Origin: a candidate division WWE3 bacterium UBA1401
Lineage (GTDB): Bacteria > Patescibacteriota > WWE3 > UBA101185 > UBA10185
DNA length: 64,000 nt
Assembly: GCA_002305115.1 (NCBI GenBank)
Contig: DBQF01000003.1
Location: 129,338 to 193,337, forward strand
Reading direction: 5' to 3'
The notes beneath the pieces are model-generated. The model made no database searches. It was not told where the DNA came from and worked only from the letters and a program-made list of their open reading frames with translations. Positions within the stretch are counted from its first letter, which is position 1. Every line of letters starts with the position of its first letter. A program made the position numbers and the translations under genes. Shown here in pieces: positions 35,973 through 44,572 of this stretch.

Positions 35973-36638
35973 ATGCAGAAGAATCAAGCTCTGCTGAGTA
36001 AAAAAGCCATAGAGGCTGCTTTACGAGGCAACTGGAAAGAGGCTATAGAGCTAAACAAACAAATACTCGAATTAAACCCCAGTGACATCGATACCAAAGC
36101 AAGATTGGGTAAGGCTTATCTCCAAACCAAAGATTTCACAAAAGCTAAAAAGTGTTTTAAAGAAGTTCTAGATGTAGATCCAATTAATTCAATTGCTAAA
36201 AAAAATTATGAACTGGCAAAAGACAAGGTAGCTATTAAAGCAAAAACTGCGCTTGACGCCAAAGCATTAGTAAAAGAACCGGGTATAAGTACAATAATAG
36301 ACGTTATCTTACTAAAAGGTACGGCGGAAGATTACGTATACGGCCAAGAACTAAAGTTTCGAGTAAATAAGTCATCTGTTAAGTTCGTGGACGGGTCAAA
36401 AGAAGTAGCTGAATACACTGGTACCGAGTTGGTGAAAAGTTTGCACGCAGCGAAGAATGAAAGGATAAAAGTTGAAACATTCTTTGCCGGAGGGAACGGT
36501 AAGAGCGCTAAATTAATCTTAAAGGCTGCGTCCCCTGTATTTAAGGCAGAACGTCAGGTAGTGAAACCTTATATTAAAAAAGGTACACTAAAAGAACCTG
36601 AAATAGAGCTTACTGAAATAGAAGAAGAACAAGAATAA
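35973..36638 (+). CDS. TPR-repeat protein
   Basis: ORF 35733..36638 overlaps yebC in antisense. The plausible start is the ATG at 35973 (MQKNQALLSKKAIEAALRGNWKEAIELNKQILELNPSDIDTKARLGKAYL). Confidence 0.7.
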   Translation: MQKNQALLSKKAIEAALRGNWKEAIELNKQILELNPSDIDTKARLGKAYLQTKDFTKAKKCFKEVLDVDPINSIAKKNYELAKDKVAIKAKTALDAKALVKEPGISTIIDVILLKGTAEDYVYGQELKFRVNKSSVKFVDGSKEVAEYTGTELVKSLHAAKNERIKVETFFAGGNGKSAKLILKAASPVFKAERQVVKPYIKKGTLKEPEIELTEIEEEQE

Positions 36639-37325
36639 TTAACGTAAATCGTCGGTTCCCAATGAGATGCTGTTCACTTCTTCTGTCTCTGTGGAAGGTT
36701 GCGCATCAGACATAGGCTCTTTTGCAGGTTTTGGCTGTGGCCTTTTACTCTTTTCCCTCTTCTTAGGCTTATCAGAAGTATTACTCTTTTGCTGTGGTTT
36801 TTCTTGTTTGGGATCAGGTGTATTGGCGGGTTTCTCGGAAACAGGCTTAATTACCTTTTTAAGCGCAGCAAAAGGGGCATGTAAATTATCTTCAGGAATA
36901 AGCGCTGTAGCTTCTGCATTTTGGAAAGCTCCTTGGAAAGCAGCAGCAGCCTCCGAGATCTTATAAGATCCTGAATCAGCTAAGATATACCATTTGCCTT
37001 CTTTTTTGGACAAAATGCCTTCTACTTCTTTCCCTTTAACTTTACTAATATTCTTGAAGTAACTACGTCCATCCAGATCTATCATCTTCAAGCGCGTACC
37101 ATAAAGCAAAAGAGATTTTGCCGCATAATTTTCCGGTACCTTATACTTCTCCCCATTCTCGGTCACCATATCTGACCCATCAAAAGTACCTTCAACGCCG
37201 GGCATGTTTTCATAGTCTAGTTGATCATCGCTACCCATTTCTTCCAAAATCTTTTTGATAAACTTTAGGTGTCTTTCTATTTCCCCTATTTGGTTCTTTA
37301 ACTTTTTAGTGTTTGTTTTTTTCAT
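36639..37325 (-). CDS. Hypothetical protein with a basic/Pro-rich disordered C-terminus
   Basis: 228 aa, lying 6 nt downstream of the VirD4-like ATPase gene. Tail KPKKREKSKRPQPKPAKEP. Confidence 0.6.
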   Translation of the reverse strand: MKKTNTKKLKNQIGEIERHLKFIKKILEEMGSDDQLDYENMPGVEGTFDGSDMVTENGEKYKVPENYAAKSLLLYGTRLKMIDLDGRSYFKNISKVKGKEVEGILSKKEGKWYILADSGSYKISEAAAAFQGAFQNAEATALIPEDNLHAPFAALKKVIKPVSEKPANTPDPKQEKPQQKSNTSDKPKKREKSKRPQPKPAKEPMSDAQPSTETEEVNSISLGTDDLR

Positions 37326-37331
37326 AAAAAC

Positions 37332-39839
37332 TCAAACCTCCTTATCTTTTAATTTTCTTTGCTCCTCTGCTATTGCCATACCTTTATCAAATCTTGTGTC
37401 TAACCATCTGTGAACCTTATCTTCAACATAAGTATTATCTACACCGTACTTCTGTCTACTCAACTCCAGCACCTTTTGTTTATTGGGTGTTTTGGGTACA
37501 ACACATGTTCGAGGATCCCATGGTAATAATATTCTAGCAGAAAATGGCAATGAGGTCATACCATCAATCATGAGCTTTAAGTAGATATGAAACCTCTCTA
37601 GCGAAATTATGTCTGTGTCGTCAAAAAACGGAGCAAATTCATTAGCCAAGGCCTTAGCATCCGGGGCGCCTAAGGAAAATGTGGCAATAGTGCCCACGTT
37701 ACCAAACACAGCCTTAAGGAGCTCTTCAGGAAGCTGTGCAGTGTACTGATGAGTAAGATAAAGCCCCAATTTGTATTTTCTAGACTCAGACAGAATAGTT
37801 TCAAAGCTTCCGGTGGCAAAATTCTGGAACTCATCTACATATAAATAGAAAGGGCGTCTATCTTCATATGGTATTCTTGCTCGTTGCAGTGCCATGAATT
37901 GAATTCTGGATACAAGTAGGGCGCCTAATAGATTGGCATTATCCTCCCCTACCTTACCTTTGGACAAGTTCATAAGTAGGATCTTGCCGTCATTCATAAT
38001 ATTCCATATATCAATAGTAGAATTGCGCTGGCCTAGAATATTCCTAATGGTGGTGGAAGCCAAAAATCTATTTACCTTGTTCTGAATTGGCGCGATAGCC
38101 TCGGTGACAAGCTTTTGGTTTCCTTTCATAGCCTTGTACTCAGAATCCCAAAACTTTTGTACCATAGGATCTTTTACAAAATGTAGTATATACTTTAGGT
38201 AGTTGTCATCTTCCAACAACCTTGTAATACCAAGCATAGTAGTACCTGGAACTTCAAGTAGAGTCAATAAACAGTAGTTGAGTAAATATTCTAAGCGAGG
38301 TCCCCATGAATAGTCGAAATGCTGCTTAATGGCAGAAACAAGTGCCGAAGCCATAAGGTTCTTCTGAGATAAATCTTCCATCTCCAATAAATTTAGGCCA
38401 ACAGGACGCTCTGAATCTGAAGGATCCACGATAACTACATCATCAAGACGCTCATCAGGGATATGATCAAGTACTTTATCTATGGTTTCGCCGTGCGGAT
38501 CTAATACACCTACTCCAAACCCATTTTTTATATCCTGAGTAATCATTGTTTCCAAAAGTGTTGATTTACCTGTACCAGACTTTCCTATAAGATACATGTG
38601 GCGCAGCCTGTCGTCACCGTTTTTGAGTCCAAAACGTACCTGCTTACTTCTAAAGATGGTTTCCCCCATATAAGTACAATCAGAAGTTGGAAGTGTTGGA
38701 GGTGGTTCAGACTTTTTGGAATAAAGCCAGGAAATATTAGGAGTACCCAGCTCAGACGAAGGTAAGTGGAAAACAGTAGCAAGTTCTTCTACAGTAAGAA
38801 TATGAGTACATGCCGAATCTATAAAGCGTGCCCGAAATTCTTCAAGCGCGCCTGAAGTGGCGTCAACCTCAGTAGGCCTAAAACTATTGGTATAAGAGGA
38901 ATAAAACTGATTAAATGAGGCAGTTAGGGCCCTGAAGTTACTCTGAATTCGCTCAGGGGTTTGCGCAGTAGAAAGCACACGCATCTGAACACAAAAACCC
39001 ATCTTAGATAGTTTATTTTCTATAGCAGTCACCTCAAGTTCTTGTGAGGAACTAAGTTCAACCGGCTTGGGTTTATCAACATAACCCCCTGCCGTGGCAG
39101 GTTGAGGCGGAGCAAACACAGAAGTAAGTACCTCCACAACAATTTCTTTTACTTCATTTAATATTGCCTTAATAATTTCGGAAAACTCCTGGCCGAGTTT
39201 AAAAGACTTATCATAAGAACTGCCCGTTTTAATGCTTTCTATATACGCATAACCATCAGCTTGCCAACCATCGGGCACAGGCATAGCTAAAAGTTGGAGC
39301 CATACCTGCTCACCATCAGCTAGTTCGGAAAGTGAAGATGTAATACCAGACAAGGGATCTACCTCAAAGTCCCTAAAGGATTTTATGGGGAAAAAAACTT
39401 CTTTAATGGGCACAAAAGAAACCACTTCAAATTGATTGCCCTCAGGAATGCTTTGAGTATAGTCTTCAACCAACTTCATTATTGCCCGGGGATACTGAGC
39501 ATAAATTTGGCTTTCAACAAATTTTAAGATGGCCAGAGGGGCTGCCACATAAAAACGGATACCACCATTGCCGGAAAAAGCAATTTCAAAGGAAAAGTGT
39601 TCCTGGTCATCAGAATTTTCAGTAAGCAATCCATGTAACGCAGCGAACATGCCTTCTGCAGCCAAGGCAGACTCATTGCCACTACTCTGATCTTCATTAT
39701 TACGGGGAACCTGTATTTCTAATATCTGAAAATCTTTTTCTAGACTTTCTGTGGTCTTACTCTTAGCAAGCCTGGAAATAAGTTTTACTACTGCTAGAAG
39801 TAGTAGTGCAATAATTAGAACGTAGAAAAATATAGTCAT
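37332..39839 (-). CDS. Membrane-anchored P-loop ATPase, VirD4/TraG/TraD (type IV coupling protein)-like
   Basis: N-terminal TM segment. Walker A LIGKSGTGKST, VLDPHGE, and Walker B FYLYVDEFQNF. 835 aa. Confidence 0.65.
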   Translation of the reverse strand: MTIFFYVLIIALLLLAVVKLISRLAKSKTTESLEKDFQILEIQVPRNNEDQSSGNESALAAEGMFAALHGLLTENSDDQEHFSFEIAFSGNGGIRFYVAAPLAILKFVESQIYAQYPRAIMKLVEDYTQSIPEGNQFEVVSFVPIKEVFFPIKSFRDFEVDPLSGITSSLSELADGEQVWLQLLAMPVPDGWQADGYAYIESIKTGSSYDKSFKLGQEFSEIIKAILNEVKEIVVEVLTSVFAPPQPATAGGYVDKPKPVELSSSQELEVTAIENKLSKMGFCVQMRVLSTAQTPERIQSNFRALTASFNQFYSSYTNSFRPTEVDATSGALEEFRARFIDSACTHILTVEELATVFHLPSSELGTPNISWLYSKKSEPPPTLPTSDCTYMGETIFRSKQVRFGLKNGDDRLRHMYLIGKSGTGKSTLLETMITQDIKNGFGVGVLDPHGETIDKVLDHIPDERLDDVVIVDPSDSERPVGLNLLEMEDLSQKNLMASALVSAIKQHFDYSWGPRLEYLLNYCLLTLLEVPGTTMLGITRLLEDDNYLKYILHFVKDPMVQKFWDSEYKAMKGNQKLVTEAIAPIQNKVNRFLASTTIRNILGQRNSTIDIWNIMNDGKILLMNLSKGKVGEDNANLLGALLVSRIQFMALQRARIPYEDRRPFYLYVDEFQNFATGSFETILSESRKYKLGLYLTHQYTAQLPEELLKAVFGNVGTIATFSLGAPDAKALANEFAPFFDDTDIISLERFHIYLKLMIDGMTSLPFSARILLPWDPRTCVVPKTPNKQKVLELSRQKYGVDNTYVEDKVHRWLDTRFDKGMAIAEEQRKLKDKEV

Positions 39840-39853
39840 TAAAAACCACTAAA

Positions 39854-39880
39854 ACCCCCGCCCTGATTTGGGGCGGGGGT
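39854..39880 (-). terminator. Rho-independent terminator
   Basis: ACCCCCGCCC-loop-GGGCGGGGGT stem, followed on the minus strand by TTTTAGTGGTTTTT. Lies 33 nt past the stop of 39913..40938. Confidence 0.8.
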
Positions 39881-39912
39881 TAAGAAAGGAGAGAGACAAT
39901 GTGATTATATTC

Positions 39913-40938
39913 TCACAGTTTGCCCGAAATGTCAAATCCTAAGATTAAAGTTATGTCTGCCCTATCAACCACACTCTCAAGTAGATTTAGCGCATCCTTC
40001 TTGTGAATAATATTTGTAATTCCAAAGAATCTTGCTAAATATGCAACCGTCTCGGAAGACGGGTCATCAACAACTAGCGTACTTTCATCATAAATCTCGA
40101 CAGTGTTACCTAACGCAATAGACCTGCCACCAATGTTTTCAACAACCCTGCCACCAAAAGCCGCCATTCCAGCAATATCAGTGCCGTTTAGAATAGCTAC
40201 ACTCTTTTTCTCGGCAGCAATGGCCGAATTAAAAGTCTGCTCACGCAGGAACTCATCAAAATCGCTGGCGTCATAGAATGTATACTGCTTTTTTTCTAGT
40301 TCTCTGGCCAAAGAAATAATTGTAGATAGTTCGGCAAGTGTTGTATTAGTCTTGAAAGATCCCGGCAAATTTTGTAACAAATCCAGCTGCAGAAACAGAC
40401 TGGAACTGCCATTAGCCAGCCAAGCCTCAAGCTTTTCGGCAGCAGTACCTGAAATAAGAATATATCTATCAACAGTAACACCCAGCAATTTTTGAATACT
40501 CATCTGAGCAAGCTCTGCAGAACCCTCCTCCCCCATTAAACTGCCCAATGCCCATATTTTACTGACGGATTCAACACCAAATTTACCTGGAATATCAAGC
40601 TCTAAAGTTACGGGAATTTCATGGAAAGTTATAATTTGATCCCTGATATCGATTGTCACCAGACTTACTCTATCTAGCAATACGGGATCCGCATTAATAT
40701 CAGGCAAAGACATGTATAAAAGCGTATATATCTCCCTGTCGGCAAGGTCACACGTGGCAGGAGAAAAAGCAGAAGTGTATCTTTTGGTTAAAGTACGATA
40801 ACCCAATAAGCCTATGAGAAATATAATACAAAATATAAGCGCAACAACTAAATGTAAACTTCTGGATACAGTTTTTGCACGTCTGGTGGTAACTTTAGTG
40901 CGTCTTTTTGTTGATCTGGTTCGTTTTTTGGTAGGCAT
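39913..40938 (-). CDS. LytR/CpsA/Psr (LCP)-like envelope protein with LytR_C-like C-terminus
   Basis: Basic N-terminus plus one TM segment. Central region loosely LCP-like. C-terminal VAILNGTDIAGMAAFGGRVVENIGG matches the LytR_C pattern. Confidence 0.55.
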   Translation of the reverse strand: MPTKKRTRSTKRRTKVTTRRAKTVSRSLHLVVALIFCIIFLIGLLGYRTLTKRYTSAFSPATCDLADREIYTLLYMSLPDINADPVLLDRVSLVTIDIRDQIITFHEIPVTLELDIPGKFGVESVSKIWALGSLMGEEGSAELAQMSIQKLLGVTVDRYILISGTAAEKLEAWLANGSSSLFLQLDLLQNLPGSFKTNTTLAELSTIISLARELEKKQYTFYDASDFDEFLREQTFNSAIAAEKKSVAILNGTDIAGMAAFGGRVVENIGGRSIALGNTVEIYDESTLVVDDPSSETVAYLARFFGITNIIHKKDALNLLESVVDRADITLILGFDISGKL

Positions 40939-41001
40939 AAGGCAGCTGGTATGATTGTATCAAAGTAGATGGCTACTTGGCTAGCAACTAGAGGCCAGAA
41001 G

Positions 41002-41676
41002 CTACAAGCTAAACTCTTCTGGTGCAGGAACAGATAAAGTCATCTGCTTTTTAGTTTCAGGATGCGTAAACTTAATCTCTAAAGCATGCAACATCAGCCG
41101 GAAAAATCTGCCTTGCCACTTCTCCTGCAAAGTCCTAGAACCATAAACACAGTCGCCCACTACCGGAAAATTCAAGGCTGCCAAATGAACACGGATCTGA
41201 TGCGTTCTACCAGTTTTAGGGTAAGCATAAACCAAAGTAAAACTATCCTCTACAACCTTGATACGCTCCACGCGGGTTAGCGCCTCTCTGCCATTTTCTA
41301 CCACTGCAAACTTAAGCCTATTCTGAGGATTTCTGGCAATCGGAGCATTGATTTCCAGAAGTTCATCTTCCAAAACCCCATCTACCAGAGCAATATATGT
41401 TTTAGTAATCTTCCTGTTTTTAAATTGCTCCTTTAAGTACTCAAAACAGCCAAATGTCTTGGCCACAAGTAAAATTCCTGAAGTAGACTTATCTAGCCTG
41501 TGTACAATACCAGCCCTCTGATAGAATTCTGTTTCGGAGGGTTTAAGTTTAAGATAACCGTATAAAAAATCTTGCAGTGTTCCGGAAACAGCCGTTTGAG
41601 ACAAGTTTACAACAAGCCCTACCGGCTTATTTACAGCCAAAAGGCAGTCGTCTTCATAGATAATATCAGGCATCAT
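41002..41676 (-). CDS. RluA-family pseudouridine synthase
   Basis: HRLDKSTSGILLVAKT catalytic Asp motif and GRTHQIRVHL. No S4 domain. Confidence 0.88.
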   Translation of the reverse strand: MMPDIIYEDDCLLAVNKPVGLVVNLSQTAVSGTLQDFLYGYLKLKPSETEFYQRAGIVHRLDKSTSGILLVAKTFGCFEYLKEQFKNRKITKTYIALVDGVLEDELLEINAPIARNPQNRLKFAVVENGREALTRVERIKVVEDSFTLVYAYPKTGRTHQIRVHLAALNFPVVGDCVYGSRTLQEKWQGRFFRLMLHALEIKFTHPETKKQMTLSVPAPEEFSL

Positions 41677-42046
41677 TCGGAGTAAAGTACTTGGCTACAA
41701 CTGTAAGTAAGTCACCAGGTACAATATTGGATTTAAGCAGGAACTCTTTTGCACCTGCTCCAAGACATGCGTCTATAACTTTTTGATCCTCTAAGTTACT
41801 TATTATAATAATTGGCTTAGCAGCCAAACTTGGGTTTTCTTTAATTCCTGTAAGAACTTTTAGCCCGTCTAGCCGCGGAAGCATGATATCAAGCAGTAAC
41901 AAGTCCCATACGCCCTCATTAATTTTGGCAAGAGCTGTTTCACCGTCTGCTGCTTGATCAACCTGATAACCTGCGCTAGCTAGAAATTCCGCATACAAAT
42001 CCCTAATACTGGTTTCATCTTCAACCAGAAGTATGTTTTTCGACAT
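41666..42046 (-). CDS. Single-domain response regulator (CheY-like receiver)
   Basis: ORF 41666..42082; likely start MSKNILLVEDE at 42046. Contains DLLLLDIMLPRLDG and a conserved Lys region. Confidence 0.8.
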   Translation of the reverse strand: MSKNILLVEDETSIRDLYAEFLASAGYQVDQAADGETALAKINEGVWDLLLLDIMLPRLDGLKVLTGIKENPSLAAKPIIIISNLEDQKVIDACLGAGAKEFLLKSNIVPGDLLTVVAKYFTPNDA

Positions 42047-42047
42047 A

Positions 42048-42449
42048 TTATTCCTCCAAAAAAGCTTGTACTTCCGACACAATTTTATCGGATGTGATTT
42101 CAGATTTTATCAAATAACCATCAGCACCATATGAGAAGCACGTATTTATAATGTTTTCGCTACCTAAGTTAGTAAGCAAGATCACCGGTTTGCCTTCGCC
42201 AACCTTTTCTTCCTGCATCTTCTTAAGAATTTGCACACCATCTCTTCCAGGAAGCATTATGTCTAGCAATAATAAATCCCAGCTATCTTCCAAAATCAAA
42301 TCTAGTCCAGTATCACCATCCAACGCAGTCACAACTGTATAGCCGGCATCTTCCAAAACTTCTTTATATAACATTGAGATATCCGGTTCGTCCTCTACTA
42401 ACAATACTCGCTTAGTTTCGTCTTGCAATTCCACCACCTCCTTTAACAA
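42048..42449 (-). CDS. Single-domain response regulator (CheY-like receiver)
   Basis: RVLLVEDEPD, DLLLLDIMLPGRDG, GADGYLIKS. Confidence 0.8.
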   Translation of the reverse strand: MLKEVVELQDETKRVLLVEDEPDISMLYKEVLEDAGYTVVTALDGDTGLDLILEDSWDLLLLDIMLPGRDGVQILKKMQEEKVGEGKPVILLTNLGSENIINTCFSYGADGYLIKSEITSDKIVSEVQAFLEE

Positions 42450-42750
42450 TTATACGGCTTATAAGCATAAGCAACAAGCCCATAAAAATTGCAATATCCG
42501 CAACATTTATGTAGGAAACACCTGTGAAGATTGGATCAGCAACACAACTCTGCTGCAGTCGATATAGCAAGTTGTAAACTCCTCCGCCAGTAAAAACCCC
42601 TAAACCTACAATAGATAACCAACTGGAATATAAAGATCGAAAAAATACCAACAAAAAAAGTAAATAGAGTACAAAACAGAGTAAACCAAACTGCTTTACA
42701 GTTAATAGTGAATCAAGAAAGTAGGAACAATTAAGAATTGGGCCCGTCAC
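42412..42750 (-). CDS. lspA: Lipoprotein signal peptidase (SPase II)-like, short
   Basis: GGGVYNLLYRL..VADPI..INVADIAIFMG matches the LspA C-terminal GGAxGNxxDR..VVDF..FNxAD motifs. Only 112 aa. Confidence 0.6.
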   Translation of the reverse strand: MTGPILNCSYFLDSLLTVKQFGLLCFVLYLLFLLVFFRSLYSSWLSIVGLGVFTGGGVYNLLYRLQQSCVADPIFTGVSYINVADIAIFMGLLLMLISRIIVKGGGGIARRN

Positions 42751-43744
42751 TTTTACTATTACAAGAAGTACAGGTTGTGGCCTCCGGATAAATCTCTAGC
42801 CTGGCTTGTTCAATCGGCTGGCCACAAACTTCGCAGATACCGTACTTCCCAATCTTAAACCTGGCTAAGGCTTTTCTAACCTGAGTCATCGCCTTTGCCA
42901 GCGAAGATCTTTGGACAGCTTTAATCTCATGGCCGGTGTCTTCTAGCACCACTTCATCCATATCTTCAGCGTTGCCAATATCTCTACCTAGCTGCATATA
43001 TGGATCTTCCCGAATAAGCCGCTGTTGCTGTTTTCTTAATAACAAATCTTTCTGGATTAATCTCTTTCTGAATTTTTCTAGAATTTGTGCTGGTAATGTT
43101 TGTATCTTTTTCATAGAACCTCGCAGTCTAAACCCTAAATTAAGTATGCTAATTGTAAACAACGCAAGTGCAAATGGCAAATTTTTTAGGAATAGCAGGG
43201 CTAAAACGCCACCTAACAGCAGGAATGCTGAAAATGTAAGCCCCGAAAGATACTGTTTTTTTCGCAAAAAGTATAGAAAAGCGTGTACTAATAGAAAGAA
43301 CGAAAAGAGAAAGAGCAACTTGAAGTCTTTCTGCAGAGCTAATATTCCTAAACAAACAATAGAAAAACCAAAAGATAGGGCCAGTGCTGTAATATCCAAA
43401 ATGCGAAAAACAGACCAATTATGCCTTTTAGCAAAGAAAATTGTACCTGCAATAAATGGGAAAAGTAAAACCCACAGATTGAAGCCAGGAGTCCAAAAAC
43501 GAGTGACATGAAAAAAACTCCCATACCAACCATAGTGGCCACTAACAGCAAAAATAACTCTGGATAGAAGCAATGAAAAAATAGCGGAAATGAAAAACAG
43601 ATCAAACAAGTGCTCAACATCAAACCCATCTTTTCTCCCCTCTTGCCAAAATACAAATAGAGAGAAAAAAGAAGCCACCACTAAGAAGATGCCGAAAGTA
43701 TTTATCTGTAAGTTAAATAGGTGTATTACTTCAGGCAATTCCAT
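42731..43744 (-). CDS. Fusion: Lgt-like polytopic membrane domain + C-terminal DksA/TraR C4 zinc finger
   Basis: The N-terminal ~210 aa resemble prolipoprotein diacylglyceryl transferase (FFHVTRFWTPGFN.., AKRHNWSVFRILDITALALSFGF) but lack GRLGNF. The C-terminus CEVCGQPIEQARLEIYPEATTCTSC fits C-[E]-x-C-x3-I-x3-R-x4-P-x4-C-x2-C exactly. Confidence 0.65.
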   Translation of the reverse strand: MELPEVIHLFNLQINTFGIFLVVASFFSLFVFWQEGRKDGFDVEHLFDLFFISAIFSLLLSRVIFAVSGHYGWYGSFFHVTRFWTPGFNLWVLLFPFIAGTIFFAKRHNWSVFRILDITALALSFGFSIVCLGILALQKDFKLLFLFSFFLLVHAFLYFLRKKQYLSGLTFSAFLLLGGVLALLFLKNLPFALALFTISILNLGFRLRGSMKKIQTLPAQILEKFRKRLIQKDLLLRKQQQRLIREDPYMQLGRDIGNAEDMDEVVLEDTGHEIKAVQRSSLAKAMTQVRKALARFKIGKYGICEVCGQPIEQARLEIYPEATTCTSCNSKSDGPNS

Positions 43745-43746
43745 AA

Positions 43747-44301
43747 TTAGGCTTTGGAAACATACTCCCCCGTTCGGGTATCTACTCTAATTGTATCTCC
43801 AATTTTAATAAATGGCGGAACTTTTACAACCAGGCCAGTGGTCATAGTAGCATCTTTTAAAACATTAGTTACAGTATTGCCTCTAAACCCAGGCTCAGTG
43901 TACTCGACTTCAAACACCATGTTATTGGGAAGATCTACAGATACCGGGTTGCCTTCAAAATATAAAACCGACACTTCTTCTCCTTCCAATAAATACGATT
44001 GTTGTTCTTCCAGAAGATCCTCCGGTATTTGAAACTGGACATACGTCTCAGGGTCCATAAATACATAACCGGAAGCATCGTGATAGAGGTACTGGGCATT
44101 TTTTCTGTAGACATCCGCAGCCTCCACCTTGTCACCTGAAATGTAGCTCTTTTCCAAAACATGACCATCAATAAGATCCCGCACTCTAACTCGTACGTTG
44201 GCACTACCCCGTGAAGTTTTTATGTGTGAATACTTCAGAACCAGTAGCGGGCGGGCGTTTTCTTTATAGACGGCTCCTGTTTTTAAGTCTGTTGCAATCA
44301 T
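43747..44301 (-). CDS. efp: Elongation factor P
   Basis: 184 aa with three OB/KOW-like domains and C-terminal VDTRTGEYVSKA. Tip loop is IKTSRGSA (Arg at the position equivalent to E. coli Lys34). Confidence 0.93.
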   Translation of the reverse strand: MIATDLKTGAVYKENARPLLVLKYSHIKTSRGSANVRVRVRDLIDGHVLEKSYISGDKVEAADVYRKNAQYLYHDASGYVFMDPETYVQFQIPEDLLEEQQSYLLEGEEVSVLYFEGNPVSVDLPNNMVFEVEYTEPGFRGNTVTNVLKDATMTTGLVVKVPPFIKIGDTIRVDTRTGEYVSKA

Positions 44302-44342
44302 AAGTGCTATTGTAGCATATGGGACGAGTAGGGAGGAACAAC

Positions 44343-44352
44343 GGGACCGTCC
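44343..44352. repeat. GGGAC-C-GTCC variant palindrome, copy 1
   Basis: ACGGGACCGTCCTCGA. Confidence 0.55.
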
Positions 44353-44403
44353 TCGAGGAAATTTCCAGAATTGCTGTCTTTAGAACAAAACCGGAGAAAA
44401 CAT

Positions 44404-44418
44404 TGGGGACCGTCCCCA
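44404..44418. repeat. GGGAC-C-GTCC variant palindrome, copy 2 (perfect 7-1-7 TGGGGAC-C-GTCCCCA)
   Basis: Read directly from the sequence. Confidence 0.7.
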
Positions 44419-44470
44419 GGTGCACTGCCAAAACAGATTGTTGTATCAATCAAAGGCACGTTTGACATAA

Positions 44471-44480
44471 GGGACCATCC
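44471..44480. repeat. GGGAC-C-ATCC variant palindrome, copy 3 (degenerate)
   Basis: AAGGGACCATCCTCAA shares GGGACC.TCCTC.A with copy 1. Confidence 0.5.
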
Positions 44481-44514
44481 TCAATTTTATGGGATAGTCT
44501 AGACATTGCATAGG

Positions 44515-44527
44515 AAGGTCGGACCTT
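44515..44527. repeat. REP-like palindrome AAGGTC-G-GACCTT
   Basis: Perfect 6-1-6, 46 nt upstream of tRNA-Leu. Its ~45-nt right flank resembles that of the copy at 23635. Confidence 0.8.
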
Positions 44528-44572
44528 GAATGGTAATATCTGACAACTGTGTGATAGAATCTGATGGTATTT

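Noticed and set aside
44343-44527. A CRISPR-like array (short palindromic repeats at ~62-66 nt spacing)
   Set aside because: The repeat units are only 10-15 nt and are degenerate. There are only 3-4 units and no cas genes in the window. The site is a divergent promoter region.
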